From positions 1-26,762 of the forward strand of contig NIVC01000174.1 in NCBI GenBank assembly GCA_002269645.1: 26,762 nucleotides of DNA. Reading direction: 5' to 3'. Under the pieces are notes generated by a model. The model worked only from the letters and a program-made list of their open reading frames with translations, did not search any database and was not told the origin of the DNA. This DNA is from Macrostomum lignano. Taxonomy: Eukaryota. Shown one piece after another: positions 9,801 to 19,933 of the stretch. Position numbers and translations under genes: made by a program. Numbering within the stretch: the stretch's first letter is position 1; every line of letters begins with the position of its first letter.

Positions 9801-12800
9801 CCATCCAGTCAGCAACAATCCAGTCAGCAACAATCCAGTCAGCAACCGTCCATCCAGTCAGCAACTATCCAGTCAGCAACCATCCATCCAGTCAGCAACC
9901 GTCCAGTCAACAACCATCCAGTCAGCGACCATCCAGTTAGCAACCATCCAGTCAGCAACCATCCAGTCAACAACAGTCCATCCAGTCAGCAAACATCCAT
10001 CCAGTCAGCAACCATCCAGTCAACAACAGTCCATCCAGTCAGCAACCATCCATCCAGTCAGCAACAATCCAGTCACAACCATACATCCAGTCAGCAACCA
10101 TCCAGTCAGCAACCATCCGTCCAGTCAGCAACCATCCAGTCAGCAGCCATCCTGTCAGCAGCCATCCAGTCAGCAGCCATCCAGTCAGCAACCGTCCATC
10201 CAGTCAGCACCCATCCAGTCAACAACCATCCAGTCAGCGACCATCCAGTCAGCAACCATCCAGTCAGCAACCATCCAGTCAGCAACCGTCCATCCAGTCA
10301 GCAACAATCCAGTCACAACCATCCGTCCAGTCAGCAACCATCCAGTCAGCAAACATCCATCCAGTCGGAAACCATCCAGGCAGCAACCATCTAGTCAGCA
10401 ACCATCCATCGAGTCAGCAACCGTCCAGTCAGCAACCATCCTGTCAGCAGCCATCCTGTCAGCAGCCATCCAGTCAGCAAACATTCATCCAGTCAGCAAC
10501 CATCCATCCAGTCAGCACCCATCCAGTCAACAACCATCCAGTCAGCGACCATCCAGTCAGCAACCATCCAGTCAGCAACCATCCAGTCAGCAAACATCCA
10601 TCCAGTCAGCAACCATCCAGTCAGCAAACATCCATCCAGTCAGCAACCATCCAGTCAACAACAGTCCATCAAGTCAGCAACCAATCATCCAGTCAGCAAC
10701 AATCCAGTCAGCAACAATCCAGTCAGCAACAATCCAGTCACAACCATACATCCAGTCAGCAACCATCCAGTCAGCAACCGTCCATCCAGTCAGCAACAAT
10801 CCAGTCAGCAACAATCCAGTCAGCAACCGTCCATCCAGTCAGCAACTATCCAGTCAGCAACCATCCATCCAGTCAGCAACCGTCCAGTCAGCAACCATCC
10901 AGTCAGCAATCATCCATCCAGTCAGCAACCATCCAGTCAACAACCGTCCATCCAGTCAGCAACCATCCAGTCAACAACCATCCAGTCAGCGACCATCCAG
11001 TCAGCAACCATCCAGTCAGCAACCATCCAGTCAGCAACCATCCAGTCAGCAAACATCCATCCAGTCAGCAACCATCCAGTCAACAACAGTCCATCCAGTC
11101 AGCAACCATCCATCCAGTCAGCAACAATCCAGTCACAACCATACATCCAGTCAGCAACCATCCAGTCAGCAACCATCCAGTCAGCAACCGTCCATCCAGT
11201 CAGCAACAATCCAGTCAGCAACAATCCAGTCACAACCATACATCCAGTCAGCAACCATCCAGTCAGCAACCGTCCATCCAGTCAGCAACAATCCAGTCAG
11301 GAACAATCCAGTCAGCAACCATCCAGTCAGCAACCATCCAGTCAGCAACCGTCCATCCAGTCAGCAACAATCCAGTCACAACCATCCGTCCAGTCAGCAA
11401 CCATCCAGTCAGCAAACATCCATCCAGTCGGAAACCATCCAGGCAGCAACCATCTAGTCAGCAACCATCCATCGAGTCAGCAACCGTCCAGTCAGCAACC
11501 ATCCTGTCAGCAGCCATCCTGTCAGCAGCCATCCAGTCAGCAAACATTCATCCAGTCAGCAACCATCCATCCAGTCAGCACCCATCCAGTCAACAACCAT
11601 CCAGTCAGCGACCATCCAGTCAGCAACCATCCAGTCAGCAACCATCCAGTCAGCAAACATCCATCCAGTCAGCAACCATCCAGTCAACAACAGTCCATCC
11701 AGTCAGCAACAATCCAGTCAGCAACAATCCAGTCACAACCATACATCCAGTCAGCAACCATCCAGTCAGCAGCCATCTAGTCAGCAGCCATCGAGTCAGC
11801 AGCCATCCAGTGAGCAACCGTCCATCCAGTTAGCAACCATCCAGTCAGCAACCATCCGTCCAGTCAGCAACCATCCAGTCAGCAGCCATCCTGTCAGCAG
11901 CCATCCAGTCAGCAGCCATCTAGTCAGCAGCCATCGAGTCAGCAGCCATCCAGTGAGCAACCGTCCATCCAGTTAGCAACCATCCAGTCAGCAACCATCC
12001 AGTCAGCAACCATCCAGTCAGCAAACATCCATCCAGTCAGCAACCATCCAGTCAACAACAGTCCATCAAGTCAGCAACCAATCATCCAGTCAGCAACAAT
12101 CCAGTCAGCAACAATCCAGTCAGCAACAATCCAGTCACAACCATACATCCAGTCAGCAACCATCCAGTCAGCAACCGTCCATCCAGTCAGCAACAATCCA
12201 GTCAGCAACAATCCAGTCAGCAACCGTCCATCCAGTCAGCAACTATCCAGTCAGCAACCATCCATCCAGTCAGCAACCGTCCAGTCAGCAACCATCCAGT
12301 CAGCAATCATCCATCCAGTCAGCAACCATCCAGTCAACAACCGTCCATCCAGTCAGCAACCATCCAGTCAACAACCATCCAGTCAGCGACCATCCAGTCA
12401 GCAACCATCCAGTCAGCAACCATCCAGTCAGCAACCATCCAGTCAGCAAACATCCATCCAGTCAGCAACCATCCAGTCAACAACAGTCCATCCAGTCAGC
12501 AACCATCCATCCAGTCAGCAACAATCCAGTCACAACCATACATCCAGTCAGCAACCATCCAGTCAGCAACCGTCCATCCAGTCAGCAACAATCCAGTCAG
12601 CAACAATCCAGTCACAACCATACATCCAGTCAGCAACCATCCAGTCAGCAACCGTCCGTCCAGTCAGCAACAATCCAGTCAGGAACAATCCAGTCAGCAA
12701 CCATCCAGTCAGCAACCATCCAGTCAGCAACCGTCCATCCAGTCAGCAACAATCCAGTCACAACCATCCGTCCAGTCAGCAACCATCCAGTCAGCAAACA

Positions 12801-13420
12801 TCCATCCAGTCGGAAACCATCCAGGCAGCAACCATCTAGTCAGCAACCATCCATCGAGTCAGCAACCGTCCAGTCAGCAACCATCCAGTCAGCAGCCATC
12901 CTGTCAGCAGCCATCCAGTCAGCAAACATCCATCCAGTCAGCAACCATCCATCCAGTCAGCACCCATCCAGTCAACAACCATCCAGTCAGCGACCATCCA
13001 GTCAGCAACCATCCAGTCAGCAACCATCCAGTCAGCAAACATCCATCCAGTCAGCAACCATCCAGTCAACAACAGTCCATCCAGTCAGCAACAATCCAGT
13101 CAGCAACAATCCAGTCACAACCATACATCCAGTCAGCAACCATCCAGTCAGCAGCCATCTAGTCAGCAGCCATCGAGTCAGCAGCCATCCAGTGAGCAAC
13201 CGTCCATCCAGTTAGCAACCATCCAGTCAGCAACAATCCAGTCAGCAACCATCCAGTCAGCAACCATCCGTCCAGTCAGCAACCATTCCAGTCAGCAACA
13301 ATCCAGTCACAACCATACGTCCAGTCAGCAACCATCCAGTCAGCAACCGTCCATCCAGTCAGCAACCATCCAGTCAGCAACAATCCAGTCACAACCATAC
13401 GTCCAGTCAACAACCATCCA
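6874..13420 (+). repeat. Minisatellite array 2 (same 15-bp unit), about 6.5 kb, with higher-order repeats of 469, 639 and about 1382 bp
   Basis: Identical blocks at 7169/7638 (469); CAAGTCAG variant at 8411/9050/9689 (639); CGGAAAC 11430/12812, AGGAAC 11300/12682, GTGAGC 11811/13193 (1382). Confidence 0.97.
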
Positions 13421-13550
13421 ATTATTTACGATAAATTGCGTAATTTGCGTTGCAGTGGCTGCTGAATTCTCATAAGCAAAGCACTTAAAAAGCTAATGTC
13501 TGCTCGAGTTACAATTTAAATATTCTTTCCAAAAACGAACACTCTATTGA

Positions 13551-13630
13551 GTGGGTACTGCGCGCATGTTTGCCGTTTGGCGGTTTTGATACAAATTTGC
13601 GAAACTATTATTGCGCGCAGCACCGCCCAC
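13551..13630. other. Imperfect GC-rich inverted repeat 130 bp past the end of array 2
   Basis: GTGGGTACTGCGCGCA (13551-13566) versus TGCGCGCAGCAC-cgc-CCAC (13612-13630); 11/12 core match. Confidence 0.6.
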
Positions 13631-14526
13631 AAAATGTGCAGTGAAAGTCCCTAAAAGTGTGAGTAGCATTGATTAACCTTTCACAGTGTAAAAAATTTAC
13701 AGTGTAAAAAATGGTGTAAAGTTTCCATAAAAATATCTTTGTTTTTAATTCTCATTGCACTGTGTGAGGTTAGTTAAATGCTCGACGCTTTTTGTTTTAG
13801 ACACGGCAGTATTTTTCTCATATAATAGTTTACATATTTATTGATTAATTCGTTTTTTCGGAGTTTTGAAAGCTGCTGTGCCTAATTATGGATTTAGCTA
13901 AATGATCAGGCTACCTAATGTTGGGTAACTTGTATCAAATGGCAAAGCATTTCACTGCAAAGTCGCATCCGGTGGTTTCACGTACCTGTGGGCGTTAAAC
14001 TGTACATTTGAAATGCTGAATTTCTAGGAAAATCTCATTTCAAATTACAGTGAACAGAATCGGAGCGGCGAAAATTTTTTTTAACTAATTTCGTTGTTAA
14101 TTGCAAGATTATTTTTCGTAAGTCCAAATGTCCAAGATATTTATTATGAGTATTATTTCTTGGACCTTAGTATATGATGTTAATTCATGTGTCTCAGTTT
14201 GATTTTTTGAGTCTATTTAATAGAACTTTGTGATTAAAAAATTAATGAATGGTAAATTATAATTAATTAGTCACATAGGACATATGTAACTAAAATACGT
14301 AGCATCTAAGTAGTTTACAATAGTTTAACATTTTTAGGGTTTTATGTGTTGCAAAACTGTACTCAAAGAAATCAAAAATAATTTCGAAATATTGAGCAAT
14401 TAATGCACTTCGACCTGCTAAGGTGGCACACCTTCAATCTAGTCCAGTTGGAATCCGATTTCTAACGTAGGCCACGTCTCCCAACACCCCACCCCTCAAA
14501 TTTGGGTTTGATGTACATACTCTCGC

Positions 14527-14934
14527 GAGGGGGGGGGGTGAACGTTCGGCTTTTCGCTCTCGGTTTTCAAGCTTTTGTCTGCGTTTTCCTCGCAGCTATA
14601 GTCGTGCCCCTCTCTTCGATGTGTGTGGTAAGCGTTCGCATGAAATTGTCTAGGAAGGAACTCGGGCTTGCGACACTTATTTGCTTGCCTCGATTCTTCT
14701 AACGCAGCTATCCTGCCTAGCCTATACATCGGATAGAGATCGTGTTTCTGTTGAGAGGTTGTTGGTTGATGAAAAAGATCTTTTCTTTCGTTCTTTGTGA
14801 ATGGAAATGTGGATAGAATAGTTGCAATTTCTGTAGAAAGCACTAGCGGTTGGTTCGGTACCTTACTTACCCATTGATTCGTAATGGAAAAAACGGCTCT
14901 CTGTGTAATTTTTAATTACTACTGGTGGCATCCG
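14527..14934 (+). mobile_element. Putative LTR (about 14539-14920) preceded by a polypurine tract and followed by a PBS-like motif
   Basis: GAGGGGGGGGGG (14527-14538) directly followed by TGAAC; ATTACT-AC-TGGTGGCATCCG at 14915-14934; termini deviate from TGTAA...TTACA and no second LTR copy is in the window. Confidence 0.4.
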
Positions 14935-14988
14935 TCTTGGATTTTTCTAGCTGTCGTTTTCTAGCGCCACAATTCGGAATCCTACCGC

Positions 14989-15645
14989 GTGATTCTCAGA
15001 GTGTGTGACACAGCAGCGGAAAATCGCTTTGGTTTTAGAGATCCAGGATTGCAACTTTTTCATGGCTGCTACTCGTCTGCAAAAGCTGGAAGTCGTGTAA
15101 TGGCAGTGCTCAAGCTCCTGGGCTGCTACGCTTACCACCAAGATAGCTATCGAAGGTCTGGTGTTAGCCTTCGCTTTGTTGATTCCGCTCTTCTACGCGG
15201 CCTTGTTGCCATTCTTTATGCCAGAGAAAATGCTTTGCCACAGCAGCGAAAGCCTACTGAGCAACAGTCTAGCGGCCAGCAAGAGGAGTTTCAGTCAGCC
15301 AGCAGCAGCTCACGATCCAAGCCTCAGTCTTCAAGACTCTTTGATCTTCAAAACCATGGTCAGCAGTGCAACGCAATTGTTGTTGCACTGCTTCACTGCA
15401 TCAGCAGCAAAGTCCAGCTCTTTCAGCCGGTCAGAGGTGGGGCAGTGAATACTGCAATGACCAACCTGATGACGTCTATGGCGACTGGACCAGCAAGCGT
15501 AGATCAACTTGTCGAAGCTATCCGCAGCAGTGCACCAAGACAGCAACACTGTATGAACGAGTTGCTACAGTGCATTCTGCCAGAGTTGCAGCTGCAGCGT
15601 CATTGCCTAAGCGAATTTACACTCGTACGTGAGGTAGTTGCCTGA
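14989..15645 (+). pseudogene. Ubiquitin-specific protease (USP/peptidase C19, USP1-like) N-terminal catalytic fragment, degenerate
   Basis: LQNHGQQC--NAIVVALLHC (15346-) resembles the Cys box GLxNLGNTCYxNSILQxLxxC; QHCMNELLQCIL (15544-15579) resembles USP1 QHDAQEVLQCIL; a shifted frame continues CLT..STEELPIGVP; no His box seen. Confidence 0.55.
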
Positions 15646-15671
15646 CTAGCACGGAGGAGCTTCCCATAGGA

Positions 15672-15717
15672 GTTCCGGATAATCGTATCTTCAGGTTCCG
15701 GATAATCGTATCTTCAG
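15672..15717 (+). repeat. Exact 23-bp tandem duplication
   Basis: GTTCCGGATAATCGTATCTTCAG twice. Confidence 0.95.
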
Positions 15718-15829
15718 CATCTCTTTGCAGAAGTTTTCAACCGCACCGTTAACTCTAGGCGGTCTCTACGCTACTTTTACGGCACCAAAGCACATCCCAT
15801 GAGCTAACACCAACTGTGCAGCTAGCAAC

Positions 15830-16288
15830 TGTCGTAACGACCCAAAGGAAGAGACCGGATGGGATGTCTCGGCGATTCTAGTCACCTGGTCCGACCAGTT
15901 ATCGATTCCAGTCGGTTTGGTCTGGAGCCTTTCTTTAGGTTCCATTCTAGAGCCTTAAGTTGACAAGAGATCCCCATTTTACCCCTTTATCCCCTGGGAC
16001 CCCAAGGAAAGGGACCCGGATGGGATGTCTCGGCGATTCTAGTCACCTGGTCCGACCAGTTATCGATTCCAGTCGGTTTGGTCTGGAGCCTTTCTTTGGG
16101 TTCCATTCTAGAGCCTTAAGTTGACAAGAGATCCCCATTTTACCCCCTTTATCCCCTGGGACCCCAAGGAAAGGGACCCGGATGGGATGTCTCGGCGATT
16201 CTAGTCACCTGGTCCGACCAGTTATCGATTCCAGTCGGTTTGGTCTGGAGCCTTTCTTTGGGTTCCATTCTAGAGCCTTAAGTTGACA
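15830..16288. repeat. Near-identical tandem repeat, 161-162-bp unit, about 2.8 copies
   Basis: CCGGATGGGATGTCTCGGCG at 15855, 16016, 16178; block begins TGTC and ends GACA. Confidence 0.95.
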
Positions 16289-17235
16289 CCCCCTTTCGTT
16301 CCTTGGCTACAAGATTAGCGCCGCCGGAATCACGCCGGACCCGGACCTGGTGGTGAAAATCTGCTCGGTAAAACCACTCAAGGACACGAAGCAGTTAGAA
16401 TCTTTCCTAGGACTCGCGAAATTATTTGAGCGGTTCATCAGGAGCTACTTTGATATCGTCGAGCCGCTCAATCAGCTGGGCGCCCGAGCAGCTGAGTTCA
16501 ACGGGGGTCCTGCTTCGCAAGCAACATTCTCGCTGATCAAGGACATTCTCCATCAAGCCGTACAACAAGCGCAAGGAAACGACGCTCGTCAGATTCCGTC
16601 ACAAGATGGTCACCCAATAATGTATTTCAGCAGGCGACTGAGCACCATCGATCGGGCGCGCTACTCAAACATAGCAAGAGAGGCACTCGCAAGTCGTCTG
16701 GGTCCTGAAGCGTGCCAAGTAATTCATGCTCAAAGACTACTTTAGTTATCCTTGTTCCTGCTGGGATCTTGATTTACTCTAAGAACCGATCACCGCCCGC
16801 TGGAGTTCAGCTTTGGCTCCGAGACGCCAAATGCCGAAAGTCGCAAACGCCAGGCTGCTTCAGTGGGCCATAAAACTAATGACTTTCGACTACCATATCG
16901 TCTACACGAAGGGCGAGTCAATCCCGCATGACGATGCGCTGTAACGGCTAGACTTTAATGGTGACAGCTTCGAGAACCAGGGTGCAGAGCAGCAGCTCGA
17001 CAGCGTTATCCACCGGACAGCAGAGGCTGTAATCCCATGGCAGGAGCTCAAGGCCGAAACCCAGAGGGAGAGGCTGCTGATGGATGTCACAAAGCGAGTC
17101 GTCACCAACAAATATGGTCGAGCAGCTCCCCAGCTGAGAGACCGTTCAAAGCGGCCCGGAATGCTCTAATTGTCGAGGACGGAGTTCTCTGCTATGGTCA
17201 TTCCGACCATCCTCCGCGTGCTCGCCTGCAGAACT
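16289..17235 (+). pseudogene. Decayed Ty3/gypsy pol fragment (RT C-terminus, RNase H, integrase N-terminal linker)
   Basis: LGYKISAAGITPDP..KQLESFLGL..RFI..IVEPLNQL; GHPIMYFSRRLS..YSNIAREALA; LRTDHRPL; ARLLQWAIKL..YHIVYTKG..DAL*RLD; VEDGVLCYG; internal deletions, frameshifts and a nonsense codon. Confidence 0.9.
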
Positions 17236-18046
17236 CCGCCTGGTGGCTCGCGGCTACCGCAACGACGCGGAGGTCTTCATTTCAGGCTGCTTCTCAACTT
17301 CAGATTTGTACTCAAATACAATTTTCTATTGTTCTGCAGCTTCACTCTTACATAGTGAACCCACAATAGAAAATTTTGTAAAAAAATGAAGTAAATAAAA
17401 TTCTATATATAGCAACAGCATTGAGCCCATGCTAAATATTGCTTTTGACTTTACTTTTAATCATCACAACCCTTACTTCAATTGCTTGCTTCCTATTGTA
17501 ACACCAATATGTGTACGGGTTTGTGTGTTTCTGCACGTACAGCTTGTATTATTACCATTGTCAGAATAAAACATCTACACTTGCGATTCGCCTCCCGATC
17601 GGCGAAAATTCTTAATTTGATGCATATAGTAATATTGAAATCACCCATATACTCGTAAATAATAGGTGTATAGTGTAACATTATATATTATAGTAATTTA
17701 AATGGGATATCCTTAAGCTGCACCATTGCGTTACTAAATTCAAGGGCACCCGGTCAAGACAGCACAATGACTACTAACGAATTAGTAACGAATAACGATG
17801 TAAAACGCATTACATCAATTTGTATTGGCGTCATTAATTACTCGTAAGTCTCTGCTCAAAATTTTTATCTTTTAGGCCGTTATTTAAATAGGCAGAAGTT
17901 AATATAAATAATATAGTATCTAGTTTTCGAATTCCTAGCTTCAAAAAATGCGATCATGTAAGATTTTGGTAATTAAAAACTCTGATTGTAAGTTTGACAA
18001 TTAAAGCTTTTTAATGTTTATTGTTAAATACGCGGTTTGCAATACT

Positions 18047-19058
18047 GTAGGGAAGACAGCGGATAGAGGGTGAGACACAGCGGATAGAGGGTGAGACAGC
18101 GGATAGAGGGTGAGACACAGCGGATAGAAGGTGAGACACAGCGGATAGAGGGTGAGACACAGCGGATAGAGGGTGAGACACAGCGGATAGAGGGTGAGAC
18201 ACAGCGGATAGAGGGTGAGACACAGCGGATAGAAGGTGAGCCACATCAGATAGGAGGGTGAGACACAGCTGATAGAGGGGTGAGACACAGCTGATATAGG
18301 GTGAGACACAGCGGAGAGAGGGGTGAGACACAACGGATAGAGGGTGAGACACAGCTGATAGAGGGTGAGACACAGCGGATAGAGGGTGAGACACAGCGGA
18401 GAGAGGGTGAGACACAACGGATAGAGGGTGAGACACAGCGGAGAGACGGTGAGACACAGCGGATAGAGGGTGAGACACAGCGGAGAGAGGGTGAGACACA
18501 GCGGATAGAGGGTGAGACACAGCGGAGAGAGGGTGAGACACAGCGGATAGAGGGTGAGACATAGCGGAGAGAGGGTGAGACACAGCGGATAGAGGGTGAG
18601 CCACATCAGATAAGAGGGTGAGACACAGCGGATAGAGGGTGAGACACAGCGGATAGAGGGTGAGACACAGCGGATAGAGGGTGAGCCACAGCGGATAGAG
18701 GGTGAGACACAGTGAATAGAGGGTGAGACACAGCGGATAGAGGGTGAGACACAGTGAATAGAGGGTGAGACACAGCGGATAGAGGGTGAGCCACAGCGGA
18801 TAGAGGGTGAGACACAGCGGATAGAGGGTGAGCCACAGCGGATAGAGGGTGAGCCACAGCGGATAGAGGGTGAGACACAGCGGATAGAGGGTGAGACACA
18901 GCGGATAGAGGGTGAGCCACAGCGGATAGAGGGTGAGCCGCATCAGATAAGAGGGCGAGACACAGCGGAGAGAGGGTGAGACACAGCGGATAGAGGGTGA
19001 GACACAGCGGATAGAGGGTGAGAGAGGGTGAGACACAGCGGATAGACACAGAGCAGAC
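18047..19058. repeat. Minisatellite, 21-bp unit GACACAGCGGATAGAGGGTGA
   Basis: Direct reading; about 48 copies by length. Confidence 0.97.
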
Positions 19059-19422
19059 ACGGTGCATGAAAATTAGCTGGTCAAATTGTCCCCAGTTCCC
19101 TCGAACAGCGACTTTTTTCAGGTACAATTCGCGTCAGACAAGGAATATCTGAATTTAGTAGATTAAGCCTTGTATTGACTTTTATGAACGTATATTTTTT
19201 GAACAATTAGGGTAACAGAACAGAATAATAAAGAAACAAATATTTCTTACGTTTTTAAAATATTCATAGATAGATAATTCGTGCTCGAACGCTAGCATTG
19301 GTCTCGTTAGATGTTGATATTTATGATTTATAAAGTTACTATTGTAAATATTTCTAATTTAAAGAAAAGCATCGAAGTTGCGAGAAAACCGGTCACCAGA
19401 ATAAATGGTATGAAGAAAACTA

Positions 19423-19695
19423 ATGTCAGGAATAGGGATTTGTCAGGATCAGTTGTCAGTAGTGTCAGGATCAGTTGTCAGCATGTCAGGATCAGTTGTC
19501 AGCATGTCAGGATCAGTTGTCAGTATATCAGGATCAGTTGTCAGAAGTGTCAGGATCAGTTGTCAGAAGTGTCAGGATCAGTTGTCAGTAGTGTCAGGAT
19601 CAGTTGTCAGTATGTCAGGATCAGTTGTCAGTAGTGTCAGGATCAGTTGTCAGTATGTCAGGATCAGTTGTCAGTATGTCAGGATCAGTTGTCAA
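19423..19695. repeat. Minisatellite, 21-22-bp unit GTCAGGATCAGTTGTCAGTA(G)T
   Basis: Direct reading; starts about 10 nt downstream of the AOX stop codon on the minus strand. Confidence 0.95.
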
Positions 19696-19705
19696 ATCAA
19701 ATCAA

Positions 19706-19933
19706 TCAGGTTTCTCGAGCCACGAGTCGGTCCTGCTCGGAGGTCTCGCACAGCATGAGCACCCGCTCGGGCGTCAGCGGCATGTCGAACGTCAGATGGC
19801 GCCTCGGCTTGCCCCGGGCCTCACGATAGGCCTCCACGGCGCGCTTGATGGCTGTGACGCACAACGGCGCCAGGCAGATCGGCGGCTCGCCGATGGCCTT
19901 CGTGCTCATGGCGGCTGCCGGGTTGCTGGTGCT
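19706..19933 (-). CDS. AOX: AOX/XDH last coding exon (STSNPAAAMSTKAIGEPP...PLTPERV...RET*)
   Basis: 228 nt ending in TGA; acceptor ccccag|; catalytic Glu of GEPP at 19886-19888. Confidence 0.88.
   Translation of the reverse strand, partial: STSNPAAAMSTKAIGEPPICLAPLCVTAIKRAVEAYREARGKPRRHLTFDMPLTPERVLMLCETSEQDRLVARET

Noticed and set aside
6704-11457. Three overlapping giant ORFs (1078, 1553, 1182 aa) rich in S/Q/P/H
   Set aside because: All three + frames are open because the 15-bp unit has no stop codon; there is no codon-position constraint and 4-nt indel variants shuffle frames. A by-product of the satellite.
6874-13420. Chi-like CTGGATGG and GG-doublet G-quadruplex potential on the minus strand
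   Set aside because: Not a match to GCTGGTGG, Chi is a bacterial RecBCD signal, and GG doublets give only weak two-tier G4 potential.
13683-13720. ACAGTGTAAAAAAT twice, resembling a CACTG/EnSpm-type TIR
   Set aside because: No partner terminus or TSD found; too short to support an element.
17300-18000. AT-rich spacer with a 62-aa minus-strand ORF
   Set aside because: No motif, repeat or structure I can support.
19400-19712. Possible plus-strand intron (G|GTATGA ... CAATCAG|G) implying an antisense transcript over the AOX last exon
   Set aside because: Splice-like words are common and there is no supporting plus-strand exon chain.
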